A model generated the notes under the pieces. It had not been told where the DNA came from, did no database searches, and was given only the letters and a program-made list of their open reading frames with translations. 64,000 bases of DNA from Octopus sinensis (lineage: Eukaryota), in assembly GCF_006345805.1 (NCBI RefSeq), contig NC_043006.1, positions 35,278,001-35,342,000 of the forward strand, written 5' to 3'. A program made the position numbers and the translations under genes. Shown piece by piece: positions 39,848 to 57,951 of this stretch (positions within the stretch are counted from its first letter, which is position 1; every line of letters starts with the position of its first letter).

Positions 39848-42800
39848 TCATAGGACTATGCTCAAGGTGGCTTCGTCATTCATACGTGCCATTCTTGCTA
39901 CATTCACCCATCTTTTTTTAAAACATTCGCTAGACAAAACTTGCCTCTCTACTCTCACTTTCCTTTTCAAGTGGTACTTGAAGAAGTTGATGAGAGATTG
40001 ACCAGAGAGGAAAGTGTTTGTCTCCAATCCTTTCAGACGCGTCCACCAGATACATTCTTTCGCCATAGCCACAAGGATGATGAAAATAGCTCTTCCTTCC
40101 CGTTTGAAGGAAGGAGGCGTGACAATATTGACGATAGACTCAGCTGATAAACCGACTCGTCCCACACGTGACAGCAGTTGTTCGACATAAGCCCACAGGT
40201 CGGAAATTGTTGGACACTGAACGAGTGCGTGCAGAACGGTTTCGTCGCTCTGACCGCATCTCGGGCAGGTCGGCCCCGTGTTTCTCGAGCCGTGTCTGTA
40301 GAGCTTATCCCGAACGGGTAGCGCTTCTCGGTAGCACTGCCAGGCCAGGGATCTCTGGAAGTTGTCCATGGGCCCTGGCCCGAAAGTCGTCCCGAACAGG
40401 CGGGTCAGGTACTCCTCGTCGACGTCCAGGTTCGCCCCGAGCTCGTCGTCGTACCTCCCCTCCACTAAACCCCTATAGAATGCTTTGGTTGTGTTGAAGT
40501 CACTTAAGGTCGACCCAGGACGGCAGAGTTGCTTGAGAGCAACGCGACACTCGCGGTGCCATTCGCCCTTCCTCGGCCTCTTTTTGATCCACGACTGCAG
40601 TTCGGTCATGGAGACGAGCTGCGGGAAAGCGTGCCTCACAAACGGCGACCACACCTGTTCACCGTCGTCTACATAGAGCCAGAGATGTCGCAGTCTCAGC
40701 GCGTGTCTGCGCATCATCAACCACGGCATGCCCAGCCCTCCTTTTAACGGGTGTTGACAGCAAATGGATCGCCTGACCATCGGGACGCATCCTTTCCACA
40801 AGAAGCGAAAGAGGATGCGTTGTAGTTTGGTGATGGTAGGGTCAGGACAAGGTACGACGGTCAGGCGGTAGTAGATGACGGACGCGATGTACGTGTTCGC
40901 CACCTCCGCTCGACCTTTTAGGGACAGTTTCCTCTCGGCCCATTGCCGGGCGAGAGTGACCACCCTACTCGTTATCTCGTTCCAGTTCTTCTCCACTTGG
41001 AGGTCCGGACCAAACCAGACCCCGAGCAACTCAACCGGGCCGTCGGTCCAGCGTCCCACGACGGAGGCGCTGGTGGACGGCATGGGCTTGCTTCTCCAGG
41101 TGCCTAGTCGCAAGCCCACTGACTTTTCCCGGTTGATTTTCGCTCCTGTCACCGCTTCGTAGTTTTTCAGTGTCTCACCGACCAGCTCGATGTGCTCGTG
41201 GCTTGACACTATGACGGTGACGTCGTCCGCGTATGCAGACACGCTCGTCCCGCATCCCAATTCTCGCGGGATCCCCTTAGAGTCGCCAGCTTCCGCAGTA
41301 GTGGCTCAAGAGTCAATACGTATAGAAGCGCCGAGAGGGGGCATCCCTGACGGACCGAACGTGCAATGTCGAAAGGTCTCGATAGATGTCCATTTACGCG
41401 AATTACCGAACGGATGCCTCTGTACAAGGCAGCTATCCAGCCGCGGAAGACGGGACCGAAACCAGCCGCTCTCAGGACTGCCTCCAAGTATCGATGGTCT
41501 ACCCTATCAAAGGCTTTCGATTGATCCAAGTTGATCAGGGCCCCACCCATGCCAGGTTCGTTAACTACCCTGTCTATGATGTAGCGCATCAGATGGAGGT
41601 TGTCATGGATGGTCCGGCCTGGCACGGCGCATGTTTGCGCCTTGTCGACCAGTTTCTCGATGACAAGCGCCAACCTCTTGGCTAACACCTTGGCCAAAAT
41701 TTTCAAGTCTGCATTAAGCAGAGTGATGGGCCTAAAGTTATCTATTACATTTCCCTTGTTTAGATCTTTCTTCAGCAGTGTTACGGCTCCTCGGCTCACA
41801 AAACCAGGAATGCTCCCGTTTTGCTGCCAGTTGCAGTACACCGCCGCCAAGAGATCTCCAAACAAGTCTGGCATACAATTGTAAAGCTCGTAGGGTAGAC
41901 CATCCAAACCCGGTGATTTGTCCCTCGAGCATTCTGCCATCGCTTCCCGCACTTCCGCCGCCGTGATGGCACCTTCGCAGCACCCTGCCTTTCTTGTCGA
42001 GAGTCGTGGTAGGCTATGTAGGTAGGCACTGAAGTCCACCCTACGTTCTTGCCCTCCACTCGTTCCGAACAGTCGGGCAAAATGTTGCTGAAAGGCCTCA
42101 CACATTTTATTTGGCTCGAGCAATTCGCGCCCCTGTTCATCTACCAGTGACCGAATGGTGGCTTTGTTGCCCTGTTGCGCCTCTGCCACCCGGGCCTCTC
42201 TCGCGGCTCCAACACCTTCGTTCCTTAGAGCACGCATCCTAGCTCTGACAGCACATCCTTCGTGTTTGGCGTTGAAGTGTTGGTCGAGGGCCAACCTCGC
42301 CGCCAAAACGTCGGATGCGATGCCGCTTCTAATTGCCTCTTCTAGCTTCTTAACTAGCTCACCCTCTACTCTATTTCTATCTATGGCTAGTGCTTTGCTG
42401 TACCTAATCGCTTCTGCTTTTACTGCTCTCTTGAGGGCAAACCACCATTTGTTGTTGATGATGGCTCTCGTCAAAGCCCTCTTTACTAGTGTGCTAATCC
42501 GGTCTCTGAAAACCTGTCTCGATGGGAAAGACGCGTTTAGTTTCCAGTATCCGGGACCCTGCCTAAGTGTCTTACCTAAGTCTAGCGTACATGTCACAAG
42601 TTTGTGATCCGTGTAGCTGACTATGTGGAAATGTGGACATCCTATGCTATCTCTATCTACTGTCCTACACAGTATCCTATCTAGATACGATCTCGACGAC
42701 CCGATGCGGTTGCTCCATGTCCACGTTGGCGCATTCGGGTGGTCTAGTCGGAACCTGTCAGACAGTTGAAAGCGTCTGAGCAGGTCTCTGAGGCATTTGC

Positions 42801-43284
42801 ATCCCCGTCTATTCCTATCTCTACCCACGTAGTATACATGCGTGTCCAAGGTAGCATTCCAATCCCCCACTAAGAGTAAAGGACGAGACGTTCCCAAGAA
42901 AACTTCTAGACGTTGAAAGAAATCCGCCCGACCTGTTAAGGGCGGTGCGTAAACTGATACGAGTCGAAAAGCGCACCCATTGCTGCCGTCGACATCCAGG
43001 ACGACCAGTCTACCCTCCGGGTCTACGAATATTGTCCTTACTTTGAGATCCAGACTCTTGTGAAAAAGTACCGCGGTGCCACTACCGCCCATTCTCGGCA
43101 GACAGGGGGAAAAATAAATGTTGAACTGTCCGCCAAACATGGTCTTTAGGGCCCGCGGATTGTGGAGTCTGGTCTCGCTTATGGCTATGATTTCTAACTT
43201 ATGTGACTTTATGTCATTTAAGAGGTACCCTTGTTTCCAAGGGGACCCCAAGCCACGCGCATTTACACAACCAATCTTGATCAT
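39848..43284 (-). pseudogene. ORF2 of copy C: APE endonuclease + RT + C-terminal Cys/His motif, one -1 frameshift near 41272 (~1145 aa if repaired)
   Basis: IGCVNARGL, ISETRL, VSVYAP, LVGDWNA, YLDRI, TDHK (APE); YADD (RT). GGGATCCCC here versus GGGATGCCCC in copies B and F. Confidence 0.92.
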
Positions 43285-43315
43285 AGTTCTAATGAATTAG
43301 AATACAGAGGGTTAC

Positions 43316-44917
43316 TTACTGCTCGAAAGTTTTTGCTTTCTCCTCCGTTGGTTTGTCCTCGAGAAGATCCCAGTACAGTTTCTTTGTGAGATATTTTTGG
43401 CATTTACCAACCGCACTGGGGAAAATGCCTTTGAGTGTGTGGTGCAGACTTTTGGAGATGTGTAATATTTTGATGTGGTCTGGTGGTGTTGTGTATGGGT
43501 GATTGTTTGTTTTTATGTCCTCTTCTGTTATGTTTGTTTTGATTGGATGTATTCCATCAAATTTGTGTTTTTGGTGTCTATGGCTGTGAGCATGTTTGCT
43601 GTATATGTTTTTGTGGTGTTGGTGTGGCTGTTGTTTGCGTTGGGTTTTGAAATGTCTTCGGGAGATGTATTTCCCCCTGCTTTGTTCGTGTTTGCATTTG
43701 GTTTGGTTGTGTTTCTGCTCTTTATTTTCCTTCTTTTTGTAGCTATTTGCCATTCCTCACTGGTTTCGTCTTCCGACGAAATTTCTGAGGAATCAGAAGG
43801 GGGTAGGGGTATGTTGTGGGCTTCTATGTATGTCTGTGTAAGTGGTGTGTGTTGTTGTTTTCGTTGTTGTTGGTTGTTGAGTGTTTGTGTGTGTTGAGTG
43901 CGGTATAAGGGATGGGGGATCAGTTTGTGTGTGTTTTCTTTGTTTTTCTGTTCCTTTGGGTTTTGCTGTCGTTCTTGGTGTTGGAATTGGTTTATTTGTT
44001 GTTGGTGGTGATGATTCTGTTCTTGGCGCTGGTGTTGGTGTTGTTGGTTGGGTTGGCTTGTTCTTTGTTGTTTTTCCTGCATTTCCGCATACAGCTTCTT
44101 GACTAGCTGTCCATATTGTGGTGTGGGCAATAATCCTGGCTTTTGTGATTTTTCCTGTGGCTGTTGTTGTTGTTGTAATTTTGCGGCAGATTTGCACTCC
44201 TTTTTGAGGTGTGCCTCACTGCCACATGTATAGCATCGTGGCCTTCTGCCCTCGACTACTACGTATAACTTGCGGCCATCCTCAAGATGTACGTGGGTGG
44301 GGATTTTATTTATGTCCTCTTGACTTATGTGGAAGAGGAACTCTATTCTCTTTCCCAGCCAGTCCTTGTTTTCCGAAACACCGATATCTAGGATGTTTAA
44401 GTCCTCCATTTCGGATGTTAATGCGGATGTAATCCACAGTGTTGTAGTCACTTGGGGGACACCACTGATAATGACTTTCGTCACCTTCTGGCCGAGGTAA
44501 CTCGGTGTCAACGTTAGTTCATCAGAATGAAGGGTTATCGTTGAGAATTTCTTCGCCAACTCTTCATTCTGAAAAACCACCTGTACGTGTGCGAACTTGT
44601 TCGCCCAAGTCACACAATCCTTGTATCCCCAGATGGGGCGTAAGCACTTTTCGACTTTGTCTGTGCTTGCTTTTTCTGGACTTTTGTTTTTTATTTGTGA
44701 TTTTATATACAATTGTCTTTTTTTTCTCCTCATTCAGTATGTGCTGAGGTATGTGTAAGAGTATTTTTCCGTTTTGATTTGTAATAAGGTTTCTGCAATC
44801 TTTAATCTGTTGTGTAGTAAACGAAACTTTTGTTACCTTTTCTTTTATCGCCTCGGCGAAGTTTGTTGTTGTTTTGTTATTGTTGTTACTGCCGGTGGTG
44901 TTGGTGTTGATGGCAGG
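43316..44917 (-). pseudogene. ORF1 of copy C: gag-like protein with CCHC zinc knuckle and Gln/His/Asn-rich region, split over three frames
   Basis: CYTCGSEAHLKKEC (CX2CX4HX4C); no start codon at the junction, so probably slightly 5'-truncated. Confidence 0.8.
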
Positions 44918-44976
<59 letters not shown>

Positions 44977-44977
<1 letters not shown>

Positions 44978-45829
44978 TGTTTCTTTATTAGCCACACAGG
45001 GCTGCACACAGATAGAACAAATTATAAGGTAGAGCTTTTCTTTTGAAGGTATTAAAAAAAAAAAAAAAAAAAAAAAAGGAAGGGGGAGGTTCGATCAAAA
45101 GGGATCGTAAAAGGAGAGAAAGAGGACAAAAATAAGGGGGGTTAAAAAAAAGAAAAAAAAAAAAAAAAAAAGGGGGGGAGAGGAAAAAAAAAATGATCAA
45201 TAGGGATCGTTATCACAGAAATGTCAATATGAAGTGTAAAGGGGAGGACAGGTGAGGTTTACCCGTGGAAAGAAAAGCCTGCGGAAAAGACCACGGTAAC
45301 CTCGGTCAATGAAGTCACATTTTATATTTTTTTTTTTTTTTTTTTTTGCAAATAAGCAACTCTCTGTTTTCGATTTCTGGGTTCATAGGACTATGCTCAA
45401 GGTGGCTTCGTCATTCATACGTGCCATTCTTGCTACATTCACCCATCTTTTTTTAAAACATTCGCTAGACAAAACTTGCCTCTCTACTCTCACTTTCCTT
45501 TTCAAGTGGTACTTGAAGAAGTTGATGACAGATTGACCAGAGAGGAAAGTGTTTGTCTCCAATCCTTTCAGACGCGTCCACCAGATACATTCTTTCGCCA
45601 TAGCCACAAGGATGATGAAAATAGCTCTTCCTTCCCGTTTGAAGGAAGGAGGCGTGACAATATTGACGATAGACTCAGCTGATAAACCGACTCGTCCCAC
45701 ACGTGACAGCAGTTGTTCGACATAAGCCCACAGGTCGGAAATTGTTGGACACTGAACGAGTGCGTGCCCAACAATTTCCGACCTGTGGGCTTATGTCGAA
45801 CAACTGCTGTCACGTGTGGGACGAGTCGG
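44977..45829 (-). mobile_element. Tx1-like LINE copy D (0.85 kb) with a 62-bp inverted duplication at its 5' end
   Basis: 45768-45829 is the exact reverse complement of 45687-45748. Confidence 0.93.
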
Positions 45830-45889
<60 letters not shown>

Positions 45890-45890
<1 letters not shown>

Positions 45891-46864
45891 TGTTTCTTTA
45901 TTAGCCACACAGGGCTGCACACAGATAGAACAAATTACAAGGTAGAGCTTTTCTTTTGAAGGTTTAAAAAAAAAAAAAAAAAATGGGAAAGGGGAGTTTC
46001 GATCAAAAGGATCGTAAAAGGAGAGAAAGAGGACAAAAAAAGGGGGGGGGGGTTAAAAAAAAAAAAAAAAAAAAAAGGGGGGAGAGGAAAAAAAAATTGA
46101 TCAATAGGGATCGTTATCACAGAAATGTCAATATGAAGTGTAAAGGGGAGGACAGGTGAGGTTTACCCGTGGAAAGAAAAGCCTACGGAAAAGACCACGG
46201 TAACCTCGGTCAATGAAGTCACATTTTATATTTCTTTTTTTTTTTTTTTTTTTGCAAATAAGCAACTCTCTGTTTTCGATTTCTGGGTTCATAGGACTAT
46301 GCTCAAGGTGGCTTCGTCATTCATACGTGCCATTCTTGCTACATTCACCCATCTTTTTTTAAAACATTCGCTAGACAAAACTTGCCTCTCTACTCTCACT
46401 TTCCTTTTCAAGTGGTACTTGAAGAAGTTGATGAGAGATTGACCAGAGAGGAAAGTGTTTGTCTCCAAACCTTTCAGACGCGTCCACCAGATACATTCTT
46501 TCGCCATAGCCACAAGGATGATGAAAATAGCTCTTCCTTCCCGTTTGAAGGAAGGAGGCGTGACAATATTGACGATAGACTCAGCTGATAAACCGACTCG
46601 TCCCACACGTGACAGCAGTTGTTCGACATAAGCCCACAGGTTGGAAATTGTTGGACACTGAACGAGTGCGTGCAGAACGGTTTCGTCGCTCTGACCGCAT
46701 CTCGGGCAGGTCGGCCCCGTGTTTCTCGAGCCGTGTCTGTAGAGCTTATCCCGAACGGGTAGCGCTTCTCGGTAGCACTGCCAGGCCAGGGATCTCTGGA
46801 AGTTGTCCATGGGCCCTGGCCCGAAAGTCGTCCCGAACAGGCGGGTCAGGTACTCCTCGTCGAC
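45890..46864 (-). mobile_element. Tx1-like LINE copy E (0.97 kb)
   Basis: 3' UTR plus ORF2 C-terminus. Confidence 0.95.
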
Positions 46865-50934
<4,070 letters not shown>

Positions 50935-51567
50935 CTGAGAAAGACAACAAAGAACAGACTGTCTGGCAAGCGTACGTACAGAGACAGAGGCCAGTGAGAA
51001 ATGAAACAGGTTTGTATAACACGCGAGGGAAAGAATATTCAATAGATGATGTAAATCATATATTTTTGTTCGAAGGTGAAGATTTGTTCTTTTAAGATTC
51101 CCAGCAGCTTGCAGACGACAATAAATATATATTGTGAAGTAAGCTGTTATGGAAATAATCCCTCAATTATTAATATTGATAATATTTTCTGCTTCGTATC
51201 TTAGTGGGTGATAATATGATATGTCCTAATATTAATCAGATGCAGTATTGTCGAAGAATCCATAGTAGTAGTAAACCTGACATATTTATGCAATATGGAG
51301 AAGTATCATATATTAATAATAGCCGTGAAAATACTGAACAGAAATGTTGAAACAATTTTTCTGTGACAACACGAAAAATATTCTTTATATTACACATAGA
51401 TTCAAATAATATATTTTCACAACCTACAACTACGTACTCTTGCACGTACGCGAACACATGTATTCATAGTTGTACATAACAATATACATACAGGCATATC
51501 TATCAATCTATCCGTCTTTGTCTCTCTCCCCTCCCCTCTCTCTATATACACACACATACACACATAT

Positions 51568-51847
51568 ATGGTATTTATATAAGCCTAAAGCCTATAGCGA
51601 TCACCGTGCAATGACTAAGGAGAATAGTCTAATAATGAGGCATGTAAGAAAAAAGTAGGCTTTCCTATCCGCGTGGAACTCGAATCAACATCCTTTTGTT
51701 AACCCAGCTAAGTGTGTTACCATTACACCAGCGAATTAGCCTCCCTGTTTCTGCAAAATTTATGAACTATATTTAAGAACAATCTGACTATTTTTCTTGG
51801 TTATTGCATGATGATCGCTATAAGCTTTAGGCACATATAAGTACCAT
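51568..51847. mobile_element. MITE with ~60-bp TIRs enclosing a tRNA-like sequence
   Basis: ATGGTATTTATATAAGCCTAAAGCCTATAGCGATCA.. versus rc of ..TGATCGCTATAAGCTTTAGGCACATATAAGTACCAT; internal A box (51720-51730, minus) and B-like box (51676-51686, minus). Confidence 0.65.
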
Positions 51848-51908
51848 TATTATTATTTACAGAATTGTGAAACCCGGCACCGTATAACAAAACCATTCAC
51901 ACCAAAAA

Positions 51909-51991
<83 letters not shown>

Positions 51992-52799
51992 CATATATAT
52001 TGTGAGAATTTACAAAAATAATAACAAAAGACGAAGACGGGTGTGTGAACAACAAACAGATGTATTAGTTTAACGCTCGGCTCCTTTCAGTTTTCCTTTT
52101 CCAAATCCACACTCAAGGCTTTGCTAGGTCCGTGGCTCTTGTAGAAGACGTCTTAGTAAGTTTGCACGCAGTTGTACTGAACCGGAAACCATACGGTTGG
52201 GAAGCCGACTTCTTAGCTCACAGGCATGCTTGCGCCTCTAAATAATTTTCCTGAGGTGTGTTTGTGTGTGTCTGTCGAAAACGAAAATTGCCCGGAGAGC
52301 AGAAGTAAGGACGGAAAGAGGAAAATTTGATTAAGTTTTTGTTGTAAAGGATTTTGCTTGATTGATGAATCTAATCATTTTGAATATTTATGTGGTTCAT
52401 AGTAAATAGTTTGTCTTTATAGCACCGCTGTTTTGATTATACTTGGTATAACTTGAATTTCAGAACTAAAGAATAATGTTGAAAATGATCGATACGTCGA
52501 GCTGGACCCTGAGAAGCTAATTATGGTAATCTGACGAAAGTGGAATATTTTTGAGAGAGGTGATGACGAGGATATACCATCATCTATCACTTGTTGGAAA
52601 TTTTGATTCCTGACGTGTCAGTTCCTTAAGTACTCTGTAATTATATACGTACTGAGTTCAAATTCCGCCGAGGTCAACTTAGCCTTTCATACTTTCGAGT
52701 CGATAAACTACCAGTTGCGCACAGGAGTCTATCTAATCGACTAGTCCCCTCCCCCAAAATTTCGGGCCTTGTGCCTAGGGTAGAAAAGATTATATCCAC

Positions 52800-52995
52800 A
52801 ATCCGTTATATTATTCTGGTGGATTCCACTTGGTGGTGATGAAAGAAGAGGAGAACATCGTCACACTTACATCATCAACTTGATTGTAGACACTGACCTA
52901 GAACGTATCCAGGACATCGACACGGTGATGATGGACCGAGAAGTGTGGCGGGTAGGCTTTGTTGCTGCTGCCCGGGCTGGAACCCGGTCACAATG
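52800..52995 (+). pseudogene. Possible RTE-clade LINE 3' fragment
   Basis: TY..QL..DTDL..I..VMMDREVWR-like remnant in mixed frames. Confidence 0.35.
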
Positions 52996-54806
52996 ATACT
53001 TATATACAGTTGTGTCTGTATTCATTTACTTTCCCTTGACTCCATTGCGAAATATATTTCGCCCATTTAATTCCTTAATCGCTGTCTTTCGAATGTTTCT
53101 TTCATCTTAAGTTGCAAATATGTATTTGTTTTATGAACGGCGATTGTTCTTTTTCGCGTCTATGACAATTAAGCTGATAGCAGAGACATTAATATTTTGC
53201 CAATACAGCAGTGAAAATGAATTTAATTTTTTTATCTTGGGAAGACTCCTAAATATTGGCTTCAACTTTTGACACAAAGCCAGCAATTTTTAGTGGGTGG
53301 GTGGGTGGGGAGAGTGTAAGTCAATTACAACTGGTACTTATATTATCGATCTTGAAAGGATGAAAGGCAAGGCCAACCTCGGCGGAATTTGACTTCAGAA
53401 CGTAAAGACGCAAGAATTGCTGCTAAGCATTTTGTCCTGCATGCTAAAGACTCTGCCAGCTTGACGCCCTAATGACTCCCAAATATTACAATTTCTTTTT
53501 CCATTGCAAATTTTCTACTCGACATTTTGCGCTAAAAAAAAAGCATTCGTCATTTATGTGTTTCTAACTGCATTTTTCTCCGCTTATCTCAACAGATGAA
53601 AAATGCAATCTTGCCGTTGTCAGTTTCTTTAATCAGTAAACTACTTTCTTTACACAATGAAATATTTAGCATAACACAAATGATGCAAACTAATGACTCT
53701 CGCACAGGTAATTCCAACGTCCTTCCAACTTGCCGAACATTTCTTTCCTGGAATAAGTGTATTTATAAATTACATTTCTCTATAAGATAATAATATAAAG
53801 CTACTCTTTCAAATATTTATTCGTTTCATTTGCAAATATCAAACCAGCCAAAAGCATTATGCATAGAAAATGAAGATCCGATATCGAAAATAACACAATA
53901 ATCACATCATTTGAAATAAAGAATAGGTGCTGCATATACGCCTACAGAAAGTACATCATAAGAGAATCAAATGGTAAGAACAGCAGATTAAATGTACTGT
54001 TTTATTAAATTATGTCTCTTTAAACTTTGAGTTCATACGATGCTAGGTTTGACGCTGTTCTACAACCTGTCAGAATTGATAAAATTAATAATAGCAATGC
54101 CGCGGTGCAGATGCATCCACGTATAACTCTAACTTTCAAATTTTGAGGCATCCTACATGCAAGAGAAACCATTAATATGTCGACGAAAATAACACCTTTA
54201 AGCTTTAAGGTGTGATATCACTAAAATTGCTTTACTGAGATGATATAGACATTTTTACTTGGTAGGCTTCGGTAATATCATGTCCAACAATCTTTGAAGA
54301 TCAAATATCAATTCTGCTAACTTGTGTGTATCTGAAAGAAATATGTAGCAGATATGTTTCGTAAAACTTTACCGAAAAGCAAACCACAACTGGAAAATGT
54401 ATGAGTTTGTCAAAAGATTGTCAGGTTGATAAAGTTTAACATGTCGGTTGCTCTGGCTACACAACGTTATGCTTGGTTAATTCGTCTCTGCATTGTCTGA
54501 ATCTGCAACGACTGAATATTTGGAAACTTGACATTCTGAGATGGAGGCAAATACGTCTTATTATTAAAAATATAGTGTGCCTTTAGTGCCTTGATCTTAC
54601 ATTTTTTTTTTATTTGCTGCAGACGTTAAACTGCGGCCATGATGGGGCAACAGTATAAAAAACTATTAGGCGAATGAATCGATCCCAGTAAGAGGTACAT
54701 ATTCTATAGTTGTCTGGTAATTATTCTATGGATGTCTTGCCGAACTGCTAAGTTCTGGGGACGTGAACACACAAAAATCGGTGGTGGATAACAAACACAC
54801 ACACAT

Positions 54807-54931
<125 letters not shown>

Positions 54932-56746
54932 GTATCTATCTATCTAACTATCTATCTATATATATATATGTATTTATGTATCTATCTATCTATCTCTATA
55001 TATATATGTATTTATGTATCTATCTATCTATCTATCTATCTCTCTCTCTCTATATATATATACATAAACACATATATATACTTACGTCTCTCTCTCTCTC
55101 TATATATATATACACACACACACACATATATACATGTATATATATAGGCGCAAGCGTGGTTCTATGGTAAGAAACTTGCTTCTCAACCACATGTTTCCGG
55201 GTTCAATCCTACTGCGTGGATACTTGGCCAAGTATCTTCTACCATAGCCCAGGGCGACCAAAGCCTTGTGAATGGATTTGATAGAATGGAAACTGAAAGC
55301 AGTCAGTCATATATATATATATAATACATTATAATATCAAGGGCTGTTACTGTGCGTAAAAGCCACATTCTTTAATGCGACTCTAAACTCAAACTCCTTC
55401 AATGAACACGCGCCGACATCGAGGGAATGAAAAGTAGGAGAAATTCCTTCAATAAAAAAAGGTTTAGTTGTGTTCCATTAATGATTTCGTGGTCACTATG
55501 TGTTACCATGTTCTCCGTGCATCGATACGAACATAACCGGGAGAACTAGATATATAAACATTTGTACATACCAAACGAACACAACGCATCCAGTAGAGCA
55601 TAGGGAAATGAAGCGCAATGTATTTGGGAGAAAAGATTTCATTTGTGGAACATCCAGGAAAGCAATAGGATTGAGCAAGTCATTAGTGAAGAATAAAAAA
55701 AAAGGCAGTAGTAAAGTATATACTTTTTTGGTTCTATATACTTCACTAATGATATTTTTATTTACTTCACTAATGACTTCCTCACTGTTAATGCTTTCCT
55801 GGATATTGCAGAAATGTAATAGTTTTTTTTCCAATTACATGGCACTTCATATCTGAGGCTCTGATAAAGCTATTTTGCATTTTATAGCAGAAACAGCTGT
55901 TAGATAAGGCATTTCGTAATGTAACCATTGTTTTTCCTATATATGTGTTGTGTGTATGTGTGTGTGAGTGTGTGTGTATATACAAATAGCTATAATTAAT
56001 TTTAGTATATATATATATGAAGCAAAAATTTAACATTGTTTTTATTGACTACAATCAAAAAGTGGACTGTTGTATTTTTGTCAGAAATCAGGTCCTTCCT
56101 CTCCTCAAAGAAACGTATGTATGTATGTATGTATGTATGTATGTATGTATGTATGTATGTATGTATGTATGTATGCATGCATGCATGCATGTATGTATGT
56201 ATGTAAATATGTAAACGTGCGGAAAAGTACAGATTAATTAGTAAAAGTGAGATAGTAATGAACAGCGAAATGTAGCTGCAAAGTCGTTTTAGATTTTACA
56301 ACAATTTTTTTCTTGTTTTAAATTTCTCTTTTTATTAAATTTACTGTCAAAACTCAAAAAAAAATCCCAATAATTTCGCATTTGAATGATTTCCTTAAAT
56401 AATTATTTTAGTGTATTTTATTTCAATTTTTCAAAAAATTATCAAACATTTCGCAATAATTATTTTAATAATGATTTCTTCCTTTATGTAATTAGTGAAC
56501 GTTTTTTTATCATATACAATTTTAACAAGAAGATTGTTATAGGCAAGACTTACACATAGATGCATTTATGTACATACATACATTCATGCGTACTAGCTTC
56601 GATACATAGACCTATGTATATATGTGTAAGCAGGTTCCAATATATATTTTAATATATAAATATATTTTTAAATATATATACTTATATATTAGGTTATAAA
56701 CATATATATCTATATCCACATATATATATATATATACATATATATC

Positions 56747-56785
<39 letters not shown>

Positions 56786-56787
56786 CC

Positions 56788-56874
<87 letters not shown>

Positions 56875-56875
56875 G

Positions 56876-57111
56876 TCTCTTATATGAAATCCGTTCAGTG
56901 TGTGTGTGTGTGTTCTCGGATCACGGGCATCCTCCAACCGATTGCGCTCAAATTTGATATGTAGATAGCGACAGTATCAGGGCGTGTATAAGTCTTGAAA
57001 AAATTACTAACGTCGATTCCAGGTGAGAATGCGATCGATAAAGCCGTGGGAACGTGCATTTCTACTCGCAAATATATCAGGAATGTGGTTTGCAAGGCTG
57101 CGCTCCACTAG
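56876..57111 (+). mobile_element. Possible non-autonomous Helitron-like element
   Basis: TC start, (GT)n, CCGATTGCGCTCAAATTTG block, ends CTAG; flanks are not the canonical A|T. Confidence 0.35.
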
Positions 57112-57831
57112 CTTATCAATGCCCCTGAACATCCCGTAAAGTAGGTTAACTTAAAATTAGCTTCTTAATTCCCTAAGTTGTTGCTTTTCATCAAAAATCG
57201 CCCCAAGATGATTTCCTACATGTTTTATCGCATAAACTTATTATTGTACCAAGTACGTTCTCATAAATTCATCATTTTTCTTTCATCTAGATTTCCCTCC
57301 AGCTAACCCATTTGCATGCATCTTTTTTGTCCTGTTTTTCTTCCGTCAACCTGTACATAATTGCACCTTCCATGTTTTGTTGTTTTTGTACCACTTAAAG
57401 GTACATTTCTTTCCTGCCAAGCTTACTGTTTAAACCATGTTTGTGTTCTTCCAGTCAACAGCCTTATCATTACTGGTACTTTAAACTCTTCGGTTGCATA
57501 TTTGTGTAAATAAAATCATTTTTCTTTGGAATAGAAAAAAGGTCTACCTTTATTTCTTCTTTTGCTGGTGTCTCAAATTTAGGTTAAATCAGTGTTTCTC
57601 CAATGGGAGGCCTATGGGACGGTCGGACAAGTTGTTTTGAGAAAATTTAGTTTAAATGTTTGACAACTCAGCACCGTCCACTGGACAGGAGGGCGTTTTG
57701 CTCGTATATATATTTATATATATACACACACACACACACATACACACACGCACACTCATATATATATATATTTATATATATATATATACACACACACACA
57801 TACACATACACACACGCACACTCATATATAT

Positions 57832-57920
<89 letters not shown>

Positions 57921-57951
57921 TTATATATATATATATACTTACACATACAAC

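Larger units (their letters stand above)
39463..44917 (-). mobile_element. Tx1-like LINE copy C (5.45 kb, longest; ORF1 + ORF2)
   Basis: Contains ORF1, a 31-nt spacer, ORF2 and the 3' UTR. Confidence 0.95.

Noticed and set aside
55496-55856. 112-aa and 118-aa overlapping ORFs with hydrophobic stretches (receptor-like look)
   Set aside because: They overlap a diverged inverted repeat (55651-55806); no family motif and no convincing splice sites
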